This document shows, piece by piece, positions 49,397 through 59,307 of a stretch of 64,000 nt of DNA. Positions within the stretch are counted from its first letter, which is position 1, and every line of letters begins with the position of its first letter. Under the pieces are notes generated by a model. It worked only from the letters and a program-made list of their open reading frames with translations. It made no database searches and had not been told where the DNA came from. Source of the stretch: a virus. The position numbers and the translations under genes were made by a program. The stretch is taken from IMG/VR virus record IMGVR_UViG_3300022920_000004, positions 1-64,000 of that record; one strand, written 5' to 3'.

Positions 49397-49552
49397 TGTT
49401 TTTAATTGTTTTAACTGTAAATTTTAGTTATACCAGCAGATTTAATTCTTTGTTTACGTGGTAAAACTTTGTTATTATTAGTGTACTTACATTTAGGTTC
49501 AAATATCCAAAACATTAAACCTAGTATTATGTTGTATTTAAATTGTATCATT

Positions 49553-50596
49553 TTAAAAAGGTAATATATTATTAAGTTCTTGTTCTAAAATTGTAATAGC
49601 TTCTTCTTTATTAGTATTTTTAATTAAATCAGAAAAATCTTTACTTTTATAAATTGTAGGTATAAATACATTTTCAATATCAAATTCTTTTGATAATTTT
49701 TCTGCAAATATTTGTCCCCAATTTTCTTCTTTATCAAAATCATTATCATATAATAAATAAACATTAAAAAATCTATTTTTAAGTTCTGCAATTATATGTG
49801 TTTTAGGTGTTACACTTTCAGCTTGTAAACTAACAGCAGGTATTCCATACACCTCAGTTATAGCCATAACATCTTTTAATGATTTAGTAATTATCAAATG
49901 TGTACCACTTTCAGGTAATTGTTCCCAACCTTGCCAAGTAGAATAATCGTGGTTATTTAACCATTTATATTTTTCATTAAAAGGTTGATATATTTTAAAT
50001 GTTTCTAATCCATCTTTATATTCTGTAAAACAATAAGCATATTTATCAGCTTTTATTGGTTTATCATTTATAAAAATATAATCAATTGGTCTTACATGAT
50101 ATTTATCTAAAGTTTTTTTAGTTACACCAAAATCACTCCAAAATTTAATATCATACATTTTCCAATCTCTAGAACGTTTATTTAAATTAATTGGTCCACC
50201 TTCTTTAATTAAATTAGTTCTATCTTGTTTATCATAAGTAGTTTCGTGTACAACATTATCATATTTTTTATATACAAAATTATTTTGTATATTAAAATCT
50301 ACAATAATCTTAGATAAAGCTTGTATAAAATCAATATTAAATTTCATTTGAACAAACTTTACAAAATCTCCACTACCTTTGACAAAATCTTTAAAACATA
50401 CTTCACCATCTTTACCTATAAAAAATCCAAAGGAAGGGTTAGGGTCTTCTCTTAAAGGGGAATGTAATCCTCCTCTAAGTTCAACATCTTTACCATCCAT
50501 ATATTTTTTATAAACATCAATATCTTGTATATATTCAAGAATACCTTGTTTTGTAACTAATGGTTTATCTAAATATTTTTTATCATTTAAATTCAT
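49553..50596 (-). CDS. DNA primase (crAss-type DnaG/TOPRIM)
   Basis: SPLREDPNPSF, KIYQP, ITKSLKDVM, YDND and KDFSD. Confidence 0.88.
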   Translation of the reverse strand: MNLNDKKYLDKPLVTKQGILEYIQDIDVYKKYMDGKDVELRGGLHSPLREDPNPSFGFFIGKDGEVCFKDFVKGSGDFVKFVQMKFNIDFIQALSKIIVDFNIQNNFVYKKYDNVVHETTYDKQDRTNLIKEGGPINLNKRSRDWKMYDIKFWSDFGVTKKTLDKYHVRPIDYIFINDKPIKADKYAYCFTEYKDGLETFKIYQPFNEKYKWLNNHDYSTWQGWEQLPESGTHLIITKSLKDVMAITEVYGIPAVSLQAESVTPKTHIIAELKNRFFNVYLLYDNDFDKEENWGQIFAEKLSKEFDIENVFIPTIYKSKDFSDLIKNTNKEEAITILEQELNNILPF

Positions 50597-50956
50597 TTAG
50601 TAGTCATTCCATTCTTGACATTCACTAACATCGTAAGATTTAATTTTTTTTCCATTTTTGTCAGCAATTATTAATTCAATATTAGAACCATAATAACCAT
50701 TATTAGAACCATAACCAGGTACTTTTACAGAATGTCCTTTAATTGGTTTTAATTCAATACCATAATCTTCAATTCTATTAAAAAAGTTTTCATCTGTTAA
50801 ATCAAATTCCAAACCTTCAAAATCTTTTATTGTAGAATCACTAAAATCTAAATAATGGTGTTCACAACAATCTTGGTCGTGGTCAGAATATATTTTAAAA
50901 CCATTATCAAATTCAACATCATCACTAGTTACTTTTACTACTTTTAAATATTTCAT
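50597..50956 (-). CDS. Hypothetical protein (start reassigned to MKYLK)
   Basis: HDQDCCEHHY and SNNGYYG motifs; the upstream ATG at 50998 lies inside a terminator hairpin. Confidence 0.6.
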   Translation of the reverse strand: MKYLKVVKVTSDDVEFDNGFKIYSDHDQDCCEHHYLDFSDSTIKDFEGLEFDLTDENFFNRIEDYGIELKPIKGHSVKVPGYGSNNGYYGSNIELIIADKNGKKIKSYDVSECQEWNDY

Positions 50957-50976
50957 ATTTATAATTTTTAAGTTTA

Positions 50977-51006
50977 TTAAAATAGGGGCTGTTTCCAACC
51001 CCTATT
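50977..51006 (-). terminator. Rho-independent terminator after ssb
   Basis: Minus strand AATAGGGGTTG-GAAA-CAGCCCCTATTTT (GAAA tetraloop). Confidence 0.8.
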
Positions 51007-51014
51007 AATATTAA

Positions 51015-51557
51015 TTATACCCAATCATCATCAGCTCCTGCATCAGAAGCCTTGGTTGTTGGCGCATCTTGTGCTACTTTTTCAAGTAAATCACCATTTT
51101 TAACTCTCAATCTTGTATTTTCAGTATCTGCTGGTTCAATAAAATCAAAGTATCTAATATTTAAATACTGAGAAGGTTTATAGTTAGCACTTCCGTAAGT
51201 ACAGAAAGTGTTAAATAATTTACCTTCACTATTATCTTTAATTAGCTTCATAATTTTATTCAAAGCATCTTTAGCAGATTCTGCTGGAGGAAACTTATAG
51301 TCTGCTCCTAAAACAGCTCTACCAACGTGTAATGCTCTACTAATAAGAACTTGTTCATTACCTTCGTAATAAAATCCTGCACTTGCAGAAGCACCTTCAC
51401 TATCTGTAAATACCACATTGTAATCTGGAGCATTTACATGTCCATCCAATGACTTTTTTTCTACTTTTATTGTAACATTGTCAACTTTCCCTCCTACACC
51501 GTTATTAAATACTTTAACAACTTTCTCTGCGAAATCTACTCCATTCAAATCGATCAT
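51015..51557 (-). CDS. Putative single-stranded DNA-binding protein
   Basis: Follows the AAA ATPase, has an acidic/aromatic tail (ADDDWV) and is followed by a terminator. Confidence 0.55.
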   Translation of the reverse strand: MIDLNGVDFAEKVVKVFNNGVGGKVDNVTIKVEKKSLDGHVNAPDYNVVFTDSEGASASAGFYYEGNEQVLISRALHVGRAVLGADYKFPPAESAKDALNKIMKLIKDNSEGKLFNTFCTYGSANYKPSQYLNIRYFDFIEPADTENTRLRVKNGDLLEKVAQDAPTTKASDAGADDDWV

Positions 51558-51616
51558 AATCTATCTTCGTTTTTAATTATTATTATTGTTTACTATTAAT
51601 TTTACTATTTTACTTA

Positions 51617-52378
51617 TTAGTCTAAAAATATTTCAGACCAATCTACTTTAATATTGTTATCATCATCAGATTCAATCAATACTACTTTTTTGTTTACTAA
51701 ATGTGCACATCTACCACCGCAAACTAATGATTCAGTTGCTGTAAAGTCTACTATAGTTTGGTTGTCCTTTCTATAGATATAACCTACCGCATCTACTTGA
51801 GAAGCTACAATTCTAGCCATTTGACCAGTTAATGCTAAACCTCTTTCATTCATTTCTTCACCACCTTTACCTACTAATTTCTCTTTCATATGTCCTAAAA
51901 TAATTAGAGTATCACAAATCTCTTCTAATTCATTTAAAACCATACTTAAAGCCATTCTCGTAAATCTGTAACCAGCTCCGTTAGCTAATAAAGTTACATC
52001 ATCTCCATCCCAATTTTTACCCATATTGGTATTTTTATATAATTTATTTGCAAGTGGAAGCACAATATCTTCCAAAGAAGATGCTGTATCTACTGCAATA
52101 TATTTATATAAATAAGTACCACTTTCTTTATTACGGGCTTTAATTGAATTAATAACATCCTTTAATACTATTAAAGGTGATCTATCAGATTCTCTAGCTA
52201 ATTGAAGTACATTTATTTTTAATGCTTCTACAAAATTACTACCATCTTCTAAATCTATAGTTAAACAATTATCTAATTGAGCTGTTGCGACTGTTTTACC
52301 CGTTTTAGGATTACCATAAATGATAATCTTTTTAGGGTTAACTCTACTAGCTTTTTCTTTTTTTATTGGTAATTCCAT
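51617..52378 (-). CDS. AAA_24 / Sak4-like ATPase
   Basis: YGNPKTGKT, IDLEDGS, VDT, GAGY and ILGH. Confidence 0.85.
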   Translation of the reverse strand: MELPIKKEKASRVNPKKIIIYGNPKTGKTVATAQLDNCLTIDLEDGSNFVEALKINVLQLARESDRSPLIVLKDVINSIKARNKESGTYLYKYIAVDTASSLEDIVLPLANKLYKNTNMGKNWDGDDVTLLANGAGYRFTRMALSMVLNELEEICDTLIILGHMKEKLVGKGGEEMNERGLALTGQMARIVASQVDAVGYIYRKDNQTIVDFTATESLVCGGRCAHLVNKKVVLIESDDDNNIKVDWSEIFLD

Positions 52379-52411
52379 CTTTCATCATCATCCGTCCATC
52401 CACCACTTTAA

Positions 52412-52870
52412 TTAATCTATATAATCTATTATTTTTACTTTACAACTTGGAAATCCTTGATGTTTAAAAGTATTTCTAAAAAAATCTTTTTCTAAATAAT
52501 TCGAGTAAGGAGTAAAACCTCTAAAATTAGTTTTTCTAATATTAGGACAATATCCAAAGTAAAAATATTGTTCAAAAGTTTTTTGATATTTTAATATACT
52601 TTTTATTATTTGTTTAACTGCATGTTTAGGAAAATAATATTTACATACTCTAATAATATCATCTAAACTTCTACTTTTGTCTTTATGACAATGATGCCCT
52701 TCTCTAGAAAATACAGTTGCTTCAGATTCTCCATCTTGATAGTCTAATATCCTTTTTAAGATACTTCTAATACTTTTTGGTACTTCAGTATCTTTTCTAA
52801 ATTTAATCTTTCTACAAGTGTTATAATAATTCTCTAAATCTTCTTTTGTATTTACTTCACTTTTTTTCAT
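52412..52870 (-). CDS. Hypothetical protein (paralog family with 55239-55739)
   Basis: C...RSLDD...YYF...YCPNIRK. Confidence 0.55.
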   Translation of the reverse strand: MKKSEVNTKEDLENYYNTCRKIKFRKDTEVPKSIRSILKRILDYQDGESEATVFSREGHHCHKDKSRSLDDIIRVCKYYFPKHAVKQIIKSILKYQKTFEQYFYFGYCPNIRKTNFRGFTPYSNYLEKDFFRNTFKHQGFPSCKVKIIDYID

Positions 52871-52889
52871 TGTTTTAATTTAATTATTA

Positions 52890-54020
52890 TTAACTTGAAT
52901 ATGGTAACATTTCTGCTGGTATTGCTGATTGCTCAGTATGATTAGATAATGTAAAATCATTTATATCAAAATTTTCAAATATATCATTAAATAATATATT
53001 TTCTTTTTCATATTCATCTATTACTTCAATAGCTGAATCACCTATTAATAATTCACATTCACTATTATGCATATTAGTACTTCTACTTAATTGCTCTTTA
53101 ACAGCATCTAAGTGGGGTTCATAAATATGTACATTACTTAAATCACCTATAATACTTTTAGGAATCATATTAGTCATTTTACCTATAATCTGTGCTAAAA
53201 GTGCATAAGAAGCTATATTAAATGGAATTCCTAAATAAGAATCACATGAACGTTGATGCCATTTTAAAGTGAATTGATATTTGGGAGTACTAAAATCCCC
53301 TCTATTCTCTAAAGTTTCATAATAAGGTTGTATTTTAAATCTCTCGTTATCATTTAAAGGTTCAACCAATATCTCAAAAGACCAATGACAAGGTGGTAAA
53401 GCCATATTATCTAATTCAGCAGGATTCCAAGCTGTAACTATATGCTTAGTACCCATAGGATTTTCTTTTAATCCTTTAATAAGATTAGATATTTGGTCTA
53501 ATTTTTTACTAGGAAAATCTTCATCATAAACAGGTAAACCTTCTCCAGCTTCCAGTCCTTGCATATAACCAGCATCTCTTTCCTCAAAAGGAATACTCCA
53601 TTTTCTCCATTGAGCTCCATATATCCTACCCAAATCTCCTTTTATAGTTCCTCTGCCATCTTTAACAGCATCAACAAAATTATCTAATGTAAATGGTGTA
53701 AAATCAGTATTAACTATATTTCCAGAATATTGATTTTTATAATAATTATAAGCATCTTTATTCCAAATATTAATACCATTATCTACAAGATATTTAATAT
53801 TTGTATCTCCTCTTAAAAACCACAAAAGCTCCCCTACAACACCTTTCCAATATAACTTTTTAGTAGTTATAGCAGGAAAACCATCTTTAAAATCATGTTT
53901 AAATGTATAAGATGGTATTTGAATTCTATTTATACCTTTTCTATTAGGATCTTCATACATAAAACCATCATCTAATATTGTCTGTAAAAGATGATGGTAA
54001 GTTTTATCTATAACGCTCAT
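52890..54020 (-). CDS. thyA: Thymidylate synthase
   Basis: TTKK, ELLWF, YGAQWR, AWNP, LPPCH, QRSCD, dUMP-specifying PFNIASY and HIYEPH. Confidence 0.95.
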   Translation of the reverse strand: MSVIDKTYHHLLQTILDDGFMYEDPNRKGINRIQIPSYTFKHDFKDGFPAITTKKLYWKGVVGELLWFLRGDTNIKYLVDNGINIWNKDAYNYYKNQYSGNIVNTDFTPFTLDNFVDAVKDGRGTIKGDLGRIYGAQWRKWSIPFEERDAGYMQGLEAGEGLPVYDEDFPSKKLDQISNLIKGLKENPMGTKHIVTAWNPAELDNMALPPCHWSFEILVEPLNDNERFKIQPYYETLENRGDFSTPKYQFTLKWHQRSCDSYLGIPFNIASYALLAQIIGKMTNMIPKSIIGDLSNVHIYEPHLDAVKEQLSRSTNMHNSECELLIGDSAIEVIDEYEKENILFNDIFENFDINDFTLSNHTEQSAIPAEMLPYSS

Positions 54021-54022
54021 GG

Positions 54023-54412
54023 TTATAAATTGTGTTTATTACGATAATTATCTAAATAATCTATTCTGTGTAAAATACTAATTTCTTCTAAGATATCATA
54101 ATTCAATCTATCTCCAAATTTCTCATTAACAACAGGTTCAGAAGGTGTTAAACCTAATTCAATGTCATCAATCATATCATCAATAGAAACTTCATGTTTT
54201 AATCTCATACCTGCTAAAGTACGTTCTCTAATTTCTTGGTTTTTTATAGATGCTTTATTAAAATTATGCATTCTATCTCCCCCACGAGCATATTCTTTTG
54301 CTTTAATTTTAAGAACATTTTTAGTTCTTTCCATTATTTTATCAAAGTATTTATCAAAATCTTCTTGTGATAAATCTTCTAAAAATAAATTATGTAATTT
54401 TTGTTTACTCAT
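54023..54412 (-). CDS. Helical nucleotide-metabolism-associated protein (DUF1599/MazG-like candidate)
   Basis: KAKEYA..D.MHNF...KH..SI.D...EK.GD..NY pattern; adjacent to thyA. Confidence 0.4.
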   Translation of the reverse strand: MSKQKLHNLFLEDLSQEDFDKYFDKIMERTKNVLKIKAKEYARGGDRMHNFNKASIKNQEIRERTLAGMRLKHEVSIDDMIDDIELGLTPSEPVVNEKFGDRLNYDILEEISILHRIDYLDNYRNKHNL

Positions 54413-54547
54413 AATTATTGTTTTAAAATATTATATTTGCTGTTAACATACCACCTAAATAAACTAATATCCAAGCTATGTTCCATTGTAGTCTACTATA
54501 ATGTGTTGTAACATTATGTTCATTATCTTTTAAAGTATACTTTTTCA

Positions 54548-55246
54548 TTACACTAAAATTTTATTAATTTCACTTATTGCAAATTCACAATTAAATTCTT
54601 CAGGATGATATTGAAAAGCAACTATAGGTAAATTTTTATGTTTAAATGCTTCTGTAAAACTAATATAATAATTTTTACCATACTTTTTTTCTGTTAAAAA
54701 CTCAGGTTCTAATAAAGAAGGACATCCTGAAATTACTGGACTAAAGCCAATAGCTTCTAAACCATCTCCTAATTTTTTAGCTGATTGATGATGAATAGTA
54801 TTAATTTTAAAAATACCATTTTCAGTCCATAAATCATCTTTAGTTTCAGATCTTGCACCATAACCTTTAGTTTGATTATGCCCTTTAACATCTTGAAATA
54901 AAGTTCCACCAAAAAAAGCATTTAAAGTTTGAAAACCTCTACAAATACCAACTATAGGTTTATTTGCCATTATAAAAGCAGGAATCATTACTGAATCTAA
55001 ATACTCATATTGAACATTACATCTACCTGTAGAATGATGAGGTATTTCATTATATCTCATTGGATTAATATCAGCACCTCCAGGAATTAATAACATGTCA
55101 CATTGTTCAGCTATTTTTTCTGGGTCATCATATTGTGTAATTAATCTTGGTATACCAAAATTTAATATAAAATTAATATAAGGTGCAGTTTGTTTCATTT
55201 CACCACCAATACTATCTGCGTAAATTCCTATTGTTTTTTTATTCAT
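54548..55246 (-). CDS. Second peptidase C26 / class I glutamine amidotransferase
   Basis: PGGADINP, GICRGFQ, TIHHQ and QYHPE. Confidence 0.9.
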   Translation of the reverse strand: MNKKTIGIYADSIGGEMKQTAPYINFILNFGIPRLITQYDDPEKIAEQCDMLLIPGGADINPMRYNEIPHHSTGRCNVQYEYLDSVMIPAFIMANKPIVGICRGFQTLNAFFGGTLFQDVKGHNQTKGYGARSETKDDLWTENGIFKINTIHHQSAKKLGDGLEAIGFSPVISGCPSLLEPEFLTEKKYGKNYYISFTEAFKHKNLPIVAFQYHPEEFNCEFAISEINKILV

Positions 55247-55739
55247 CTTTAGTTTTTAATTTTGTAACTTGTTTTTCAATTTCTTCTGTTGTGTAACCTA
55301 ATTTTTTATATAAATAATATATAGTAAATTTATCTATTTCTTTAATTTCATTTTTACCAAATAATCTACGATAATCATAATAAGTTTCATTAAAAGCAAC
55401 TTTATTAATTTTATCTTCATCATCTATTACCCAATCTCCTGTATATAATACAATTTTATGAACGTGAGGACAATATATTAAATTATAATAATCATTATCT
55501 GTACATTTATCAATTATAATTTTTATTAATTGCTTATGTGTAATTTTAGAATAATAAGTTCTCATTAACTTATATAAATCAGAAAATGATCTTTTAGCAC
55601 CACATCTACATTGTTGTTTTGTACAATTTTTATCATAAAAAGTATAGGGAAAATCATAATCACTTTCATATAATCTATTAAAAAAATCTTCAGGTTTTTC
55701 ATTAACCTTTCTTTTATCTCTTACGTATAACTTATCCAT
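55239..55739 (-). CDS. Hypothetical protein (paralog family with 52412-52870)
   Basis: QC...RSFSD...TYY...YCPHVHK. Confidence 0.55.
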   Translation of the reverse strand: MDKLYVRDKRKVNEKPEDFFNRLYESDYDFPYTFYDKNCTKQQCRCGAKRSFSDLYKLMRTYYSKITHKQLIKIIIDKCTDNDYYNLIYCPHVHKIVLYTGDWVIDDEDKINKVAFNETYYDYRRLFGKNEIKEIDKFTIYYLYKKLGYTTEEIEKQVTKLKTKDE

Positions 55740-55740
55740 T

Positions 55741-56040
55741 TTAAAGATTTTTAATATACATTGTTAAATCTCCCATTTTAGGATAACCAACTCTTCTTTC
55801 AAAAGTATGTACAGGTTTAAATCCTACAGTTTCTAAATTTTTAGCAAGTATGTCTTCTCCAGGACTTACAATAGTAAATATTGCAGTTTGTCCATTACCA
55901 GTTGTAATACCTACTTCAGTATTAGCAAGTTTTTCTGCTGTTAATTTTATAATAGCTCTTGTTAAATTATTTAAAGAAGTATCATTATCAACTCTACTTA
56001 ATTGCATTAATGCACAACAATCTGTTCTATGTTTTTCCAT
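55741..56040 (-). CDS. Hypothetical protein
   Basis: ORF overlapping the DnaB stop; DCCAL and LETVGFK. Confidence 0.55.
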   Translation of the reverse strand: MEKHRTDCCALMQLSRVDNDTSLNNLTRAIIKLTAEKLANTEVGITTGNGQTAIFTIVSPGEDILAKNLETVGFKPVHTFERRVGYPKMGDLTMYIKNL

Positions 56041-57154
56041 TTTGTTTATCTTTTTTTCTTATGTTTTCTATTTTTCTATACACTTTTCTTAAATTTAATT
56101 CATCATTTGGTAATGGTAATTCTTTAAAAATGTTTACAGCTCCGTCAAAATATAATGGGCATATTGTACCTGCACCACCTTCTCTACCACCTAATATCTC
56201 TAAAAATCTGATAAAATCTTTAAAGAATGTTATATCGTAGTCAAAATGTGTTGGTATTCCATATCTAAATGGACTATGTAAACCTAATATTACATTAAAA
56301 TCTCTTTGAGTTGTTTTATTGTCACCTAAACCATCAAGAGTAGGTTTATTATTTCTAGCTTTACCATGTTCAATTGATTCACTAGCAGCAGCTTGTTGTT
56401 GAATTACAACAGGTATATAATTATACCTATTTCTAAGTCTAACAAAATACTTTGATGATAATAATGAAATTGACTCCCTTAATGATAGTTGTCTACCCTG
56501 TTGTTTCTCTTCTGAAATCAATCCGATATGATCAACTATGCACATTACATACTCTTCAGGATCATTTGGTTTATAATAATCAAACGTATCATGTTCCTGA
56601 CCATCAATAGTTATCTTTTTAGTTACAATAGTTCCATTTTTCCTAGCGTAAGTCTCTAATACAGCATTTATACCAGTCGGATTTCGTATATCATCTATAA
56701 AGGTAACAATTTCTTCAACTTTATCAAAATAAGGTTTATACTTAATAATTAACTCTAATATCTCTGGAGATACTGGAGCATCTTTTTTAGTACTTCTTAA
56801 ATCTTTAGGTGATACTCTTACACCTTCTTTTAGATATAATATATTAGAAAATATTGACCTCATTAATTCTCCTGATGTCATTTCTAAACTAAAATAAAAT
56901 ATTTTTAATTTAATATCTAACCCTTCATCTATAATTTGTCTAATTGGATTAAATACAAATAACCAGTTTGTTATCTGTGACTTCCCAATTTTACTTGATG
57001 CAGTTGCTAAATAAGATTTACCTTGTTCAATCCCTGGAGATTCTTCCTCAAATCGAGGTAATCCCCAAGGAATACAATTTATTTTGCCTGATAGAATTCT
57101 TTTACGACGATCTATCAGGTCTTCATATACTCTATTAAATAATTTATCGCTCAT
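56027..57154 (-). CDS. dnaB: DnaB-like replicative helicase
   Basis: Walker A ASSKIGKS, FSLEM, IVDHIG, IQQQ and REGG...LYFDGA. Confidence 0.88.
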   Translation of the reverse strand: MSDKLFNRVYEDLIDRRKRILSGKINCIPWGLPRFEEESPGIEQGKSYLATASSKIGKSQITNWLFVFNPIRQIIDEGLDIKLKIFYFSLEMTSGELMRSIFSNILYLKEGVRVSPKDLRSTKKDAPVSPEILELIIKYKPYFDKVEEIVTFIDDIRNPTGINAVLETYARKNGTIVTKKITIDGQEHDTFDYYKPNDPEEYVMCIVDHIGLISEEKQQGRQLSLRESISLLSSKYFVRLRNRYNYIPVVIQQQAAASESIEHGKARNNKPTLDGLGDNKTTQRDFNVILGLHSPFRYGIPTHFDYDITFFKDFIRFLEILGGREGGAGTICPLYFDGAVNIFKELPLPNDELNLRKVYRKIENIRKKDKQNGKT

Positions 57155-57181
57155 ATTATGTTTTCACATAATACTAAAAGT

Positions 57182-57634
57182 TTAATTTAAATAATTGTTA
57201 ATTGCGTAATATGATTTAATCATTGGGTTATAATTTCCATATTTAACATAGTTAATATTACTTTCATTACAGTCATCTTCATCATAATCATTTATAAAAT
57301 AATAAGTACTATGATTACTTTCTGTAGATTCAAATACAATTTGGTTAATATTACCACAATATAATGTTTGAATAGAACCTTTTGAAAGTAAATCTAGTAA
57401 TACATAACTAATCATATATATGCTATATTTTTTATTAAATAAATATTCTCTAAGATATTTTACAGTAACTCCACTATAACCTTTTAAACAATAACCACAA
57501 TAATCATCAACATATTTTCTAGAATCACCATCTAATATGTCTAACCACATTGAATCATTTTTATTAAAATAATGTAATAAAGTAACCTCAATATCTTTTA
57601 AACCATTAATTATTTTTTGTCTATTCATAACCAT
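57182..57634 (-). CDS. Hypothetical protein
   Basis: ORF; LYCGNINQIVF resembles the YCP.I.K motif of 52412 and 55239. Confidence 0.5.
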   Translation of the reverse strand: MVMNRQKIINGLKDIEVTLLHYFNKNDSMWLDILDGDSRKYVDDYCGYCLKGYSGVTVKYLREYLFNKKYSIYMISYVLLDLLSKGSIQTLYCGNINQIVFESTESNHSTYYFINDYDEDDCNESNINYVKYGNYNPMIKSYYAINNYLN

Positions 57635-58271
57635 ATTGTTTTAATACTGGTAATACATCGTATTCATGTGTTTTAGCTTTTCTAATTTTAGATAACAAAT
57701 TACTATTTCCATAACTAGAGTTAGTAAATCCAAATACACCAATACCTTTATATCTTCTATAATGCCAAACACCTTTTAAATCTTCAACTACAGCACATAC
57801 TAAAGAATGCCCCCAACCACCTGCATGGGTAGTACAACTATTTGCAAGTAATATAGCTTTTAATGGGTCTATATTAGGTTTTAAATCTAATATGTTTTTA
57901 GTTAATCTAGGTATGCAATCATAATGATTAGTACCTTCCCATAAAAATCTTATAGCTGTTAATATAATCATTGTTTTACCATAACCTAAATTAGGTATAA
58001 CTAAATAATCATTTTCTATAGTAATTTTAGGTTCAATTTTAATCATTAATTTAATCCAAAACTCTATTAAATCTTTATTCATTTCAGAACATTTTAATTT
58101 AAGTTTTAATTTAAACCACTTATTATTTCTAGGTAATTCACTAAAACAAGCTGTATTAACAGAAGATTTTAATAATCTATTATATTTACCATACAATTCA
58201 TAGGTTACGCACATTCTACTATTTATTTCAACAATATCAATAATCTTTTTTATTTTTTCATCATTTGTCAT
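57621..58271 (-). CDS. Hypothetical protein
   Basis: ORF with ACFS, IRFLWE and GWGHSL. Confidence 0.55.
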   Translation of the reverse strand: MTNDEKIKKIIDIVEINSRMCVTYELYGKYNRLLKSSVNTACFSELPRNNKWFKLKLKLKCSEMNKDLIEFWIKLMIKIEPKITIENDYLVIPNLGYGKTMIILTAIRFLWEGTNHYDCIPRLTKNILDLKPNIDPLKAILLANSCTTHAGGWGHSLVCAVVEDLKGVWHYRRYKGIGVFGFTNSSYGNSNLLSKIRKAKTHEYDVLPVLKQYGYE

Positions 58272-58318
58272 TTTTATTCACTATTTTTAAGATTAAATTA
58301 AACTTTTAGTATTATATT

Positions 58319-58957
58319 TTAATTTAAAGTGTTAGTCCAATTTTCATTTTTATTTCCTACTAAATCTATTTCATCTATAAATGCAGATAGCCTAGAAGAT
58401 TCTTCTTTACCATCTCTTTTAAATATAAAATAATCAGCTTGTTGTAAAAATCTGTAATCACCATTAAATTGATTAATATAAATACTTACAGCTTTTAATA
58501 TATTTTCAAAAGTATATTCAGGATTTTCAAGCATCCAACGCTTTAATTTATCTTTACAGCTCTTTGGAGAACCCATTGAGCCAGGTTTTAATCCTTGCCA
58601 TTGTTTACGATATTCATCAATACCATTTTCAACAGCTTCGTTTATGTATCTTTGAGATAGTTTCTTTTTAATACTATCTTTTTTAACAGAAACAGTTTTA
58701 TCTGTAAAAGAATTTTCAATCAATACTTTAGATTTTTCTCTTAGTATATATTTTATCTCTTTTCTTTCATTTTCTTCTTTTATTGTTATTTTTATAAATT
58801 TTTTACTTTCTAAACTTTGATAATGAAAATATAAATCATCATAATCTATATTTTCATTTAATTCACTAAAGTATATCTTTAGTAAACATAAAAATTCATT
58901 TATAGACAAATTATTTTCTGCTAATACTTTAACATCTAATATAATTTGTTTATTCAT
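58319..58957 (-). CDS. Putative replication protein (winged-helix-like initiator/loader)
   Basis: LESKKFIK wHTH-like segment, then YI...ADYFIFK...SRL; lies between PolA and DnaB. Confidence 0.4.
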   Translation of the reverse strand: MNKQIILDVKVLAENNLSINEFLCLLKIYFSELNENIDYDDLYFHYQSLESKKFIKITIKEENERKEIKYILREKSKVLIENSFTDKTVSVKKDSIKKKLSQRYINEAVENGIDEYRKQWQGLKPGSMGSPKSCKDKLKRWMLENPEYTFENILKAVSIYINQFNGDYRFLQQADYFIFKRDGKEESSRLSAFIDEIDLVGNKNENWTNTLN

Positions 58958-59093
58958 AAATTTATTTTAATTTTTTAATACGTAATATTCTTTGTTATTA
59001 TTTTTAGCAATTTCTTCATCATACCTACTAAATTTTATAAATAATACTGAGTGTGTAAAACCATACTCAAAATTATCTTTTAATACTACTAAA

Positions 59094-59285
59094 TCACCAT
59101 ACTTTGGCGTTTGTGTTAATTCTACTGTTGGCATAATTTTCTATTTTTAAATGTTTTAATATATCATTAATATGTATTTCCATATCTAAATCTTCTTCAA
59201 TTTTATCTTGTACTTCAAATGGTTCACTTATATTATAAGTGCTTGTTACTAAATCTACTGCTAATTTAATATGGTTATATTTCAT
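59094..59285 (-). CDS. Hypothetical protein
   Basis: ORF downstream of polA. Confidence 0.45.
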   Translation of the reverse strand: MKYNHIKLAVDLVTSTYNISEPFEVQDKIEEDLDMEIHINDILKHLKIENYANSRINTNAKVW

Positions 59286-59307
59286 ATTTATTTTATATTA
59301 TTAATTA

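Noticed and set aside
50957-50998. N-terminal extension METAPILINLKIIN of ORF 50597-50998
   Set aside because: That ATG lies within the ssb terminator hairpin; the ATG at 50956 has a typical A-rich context.
52890-54020. ThyA as a dCMP/dUMP hydroxymethylase for DNA hypermodification
   Set aside because: Canonical ThyA motifs including the dUMP-specifying Asn (PFNIASY); no recognisable base-modification kinases or transferases nearby.
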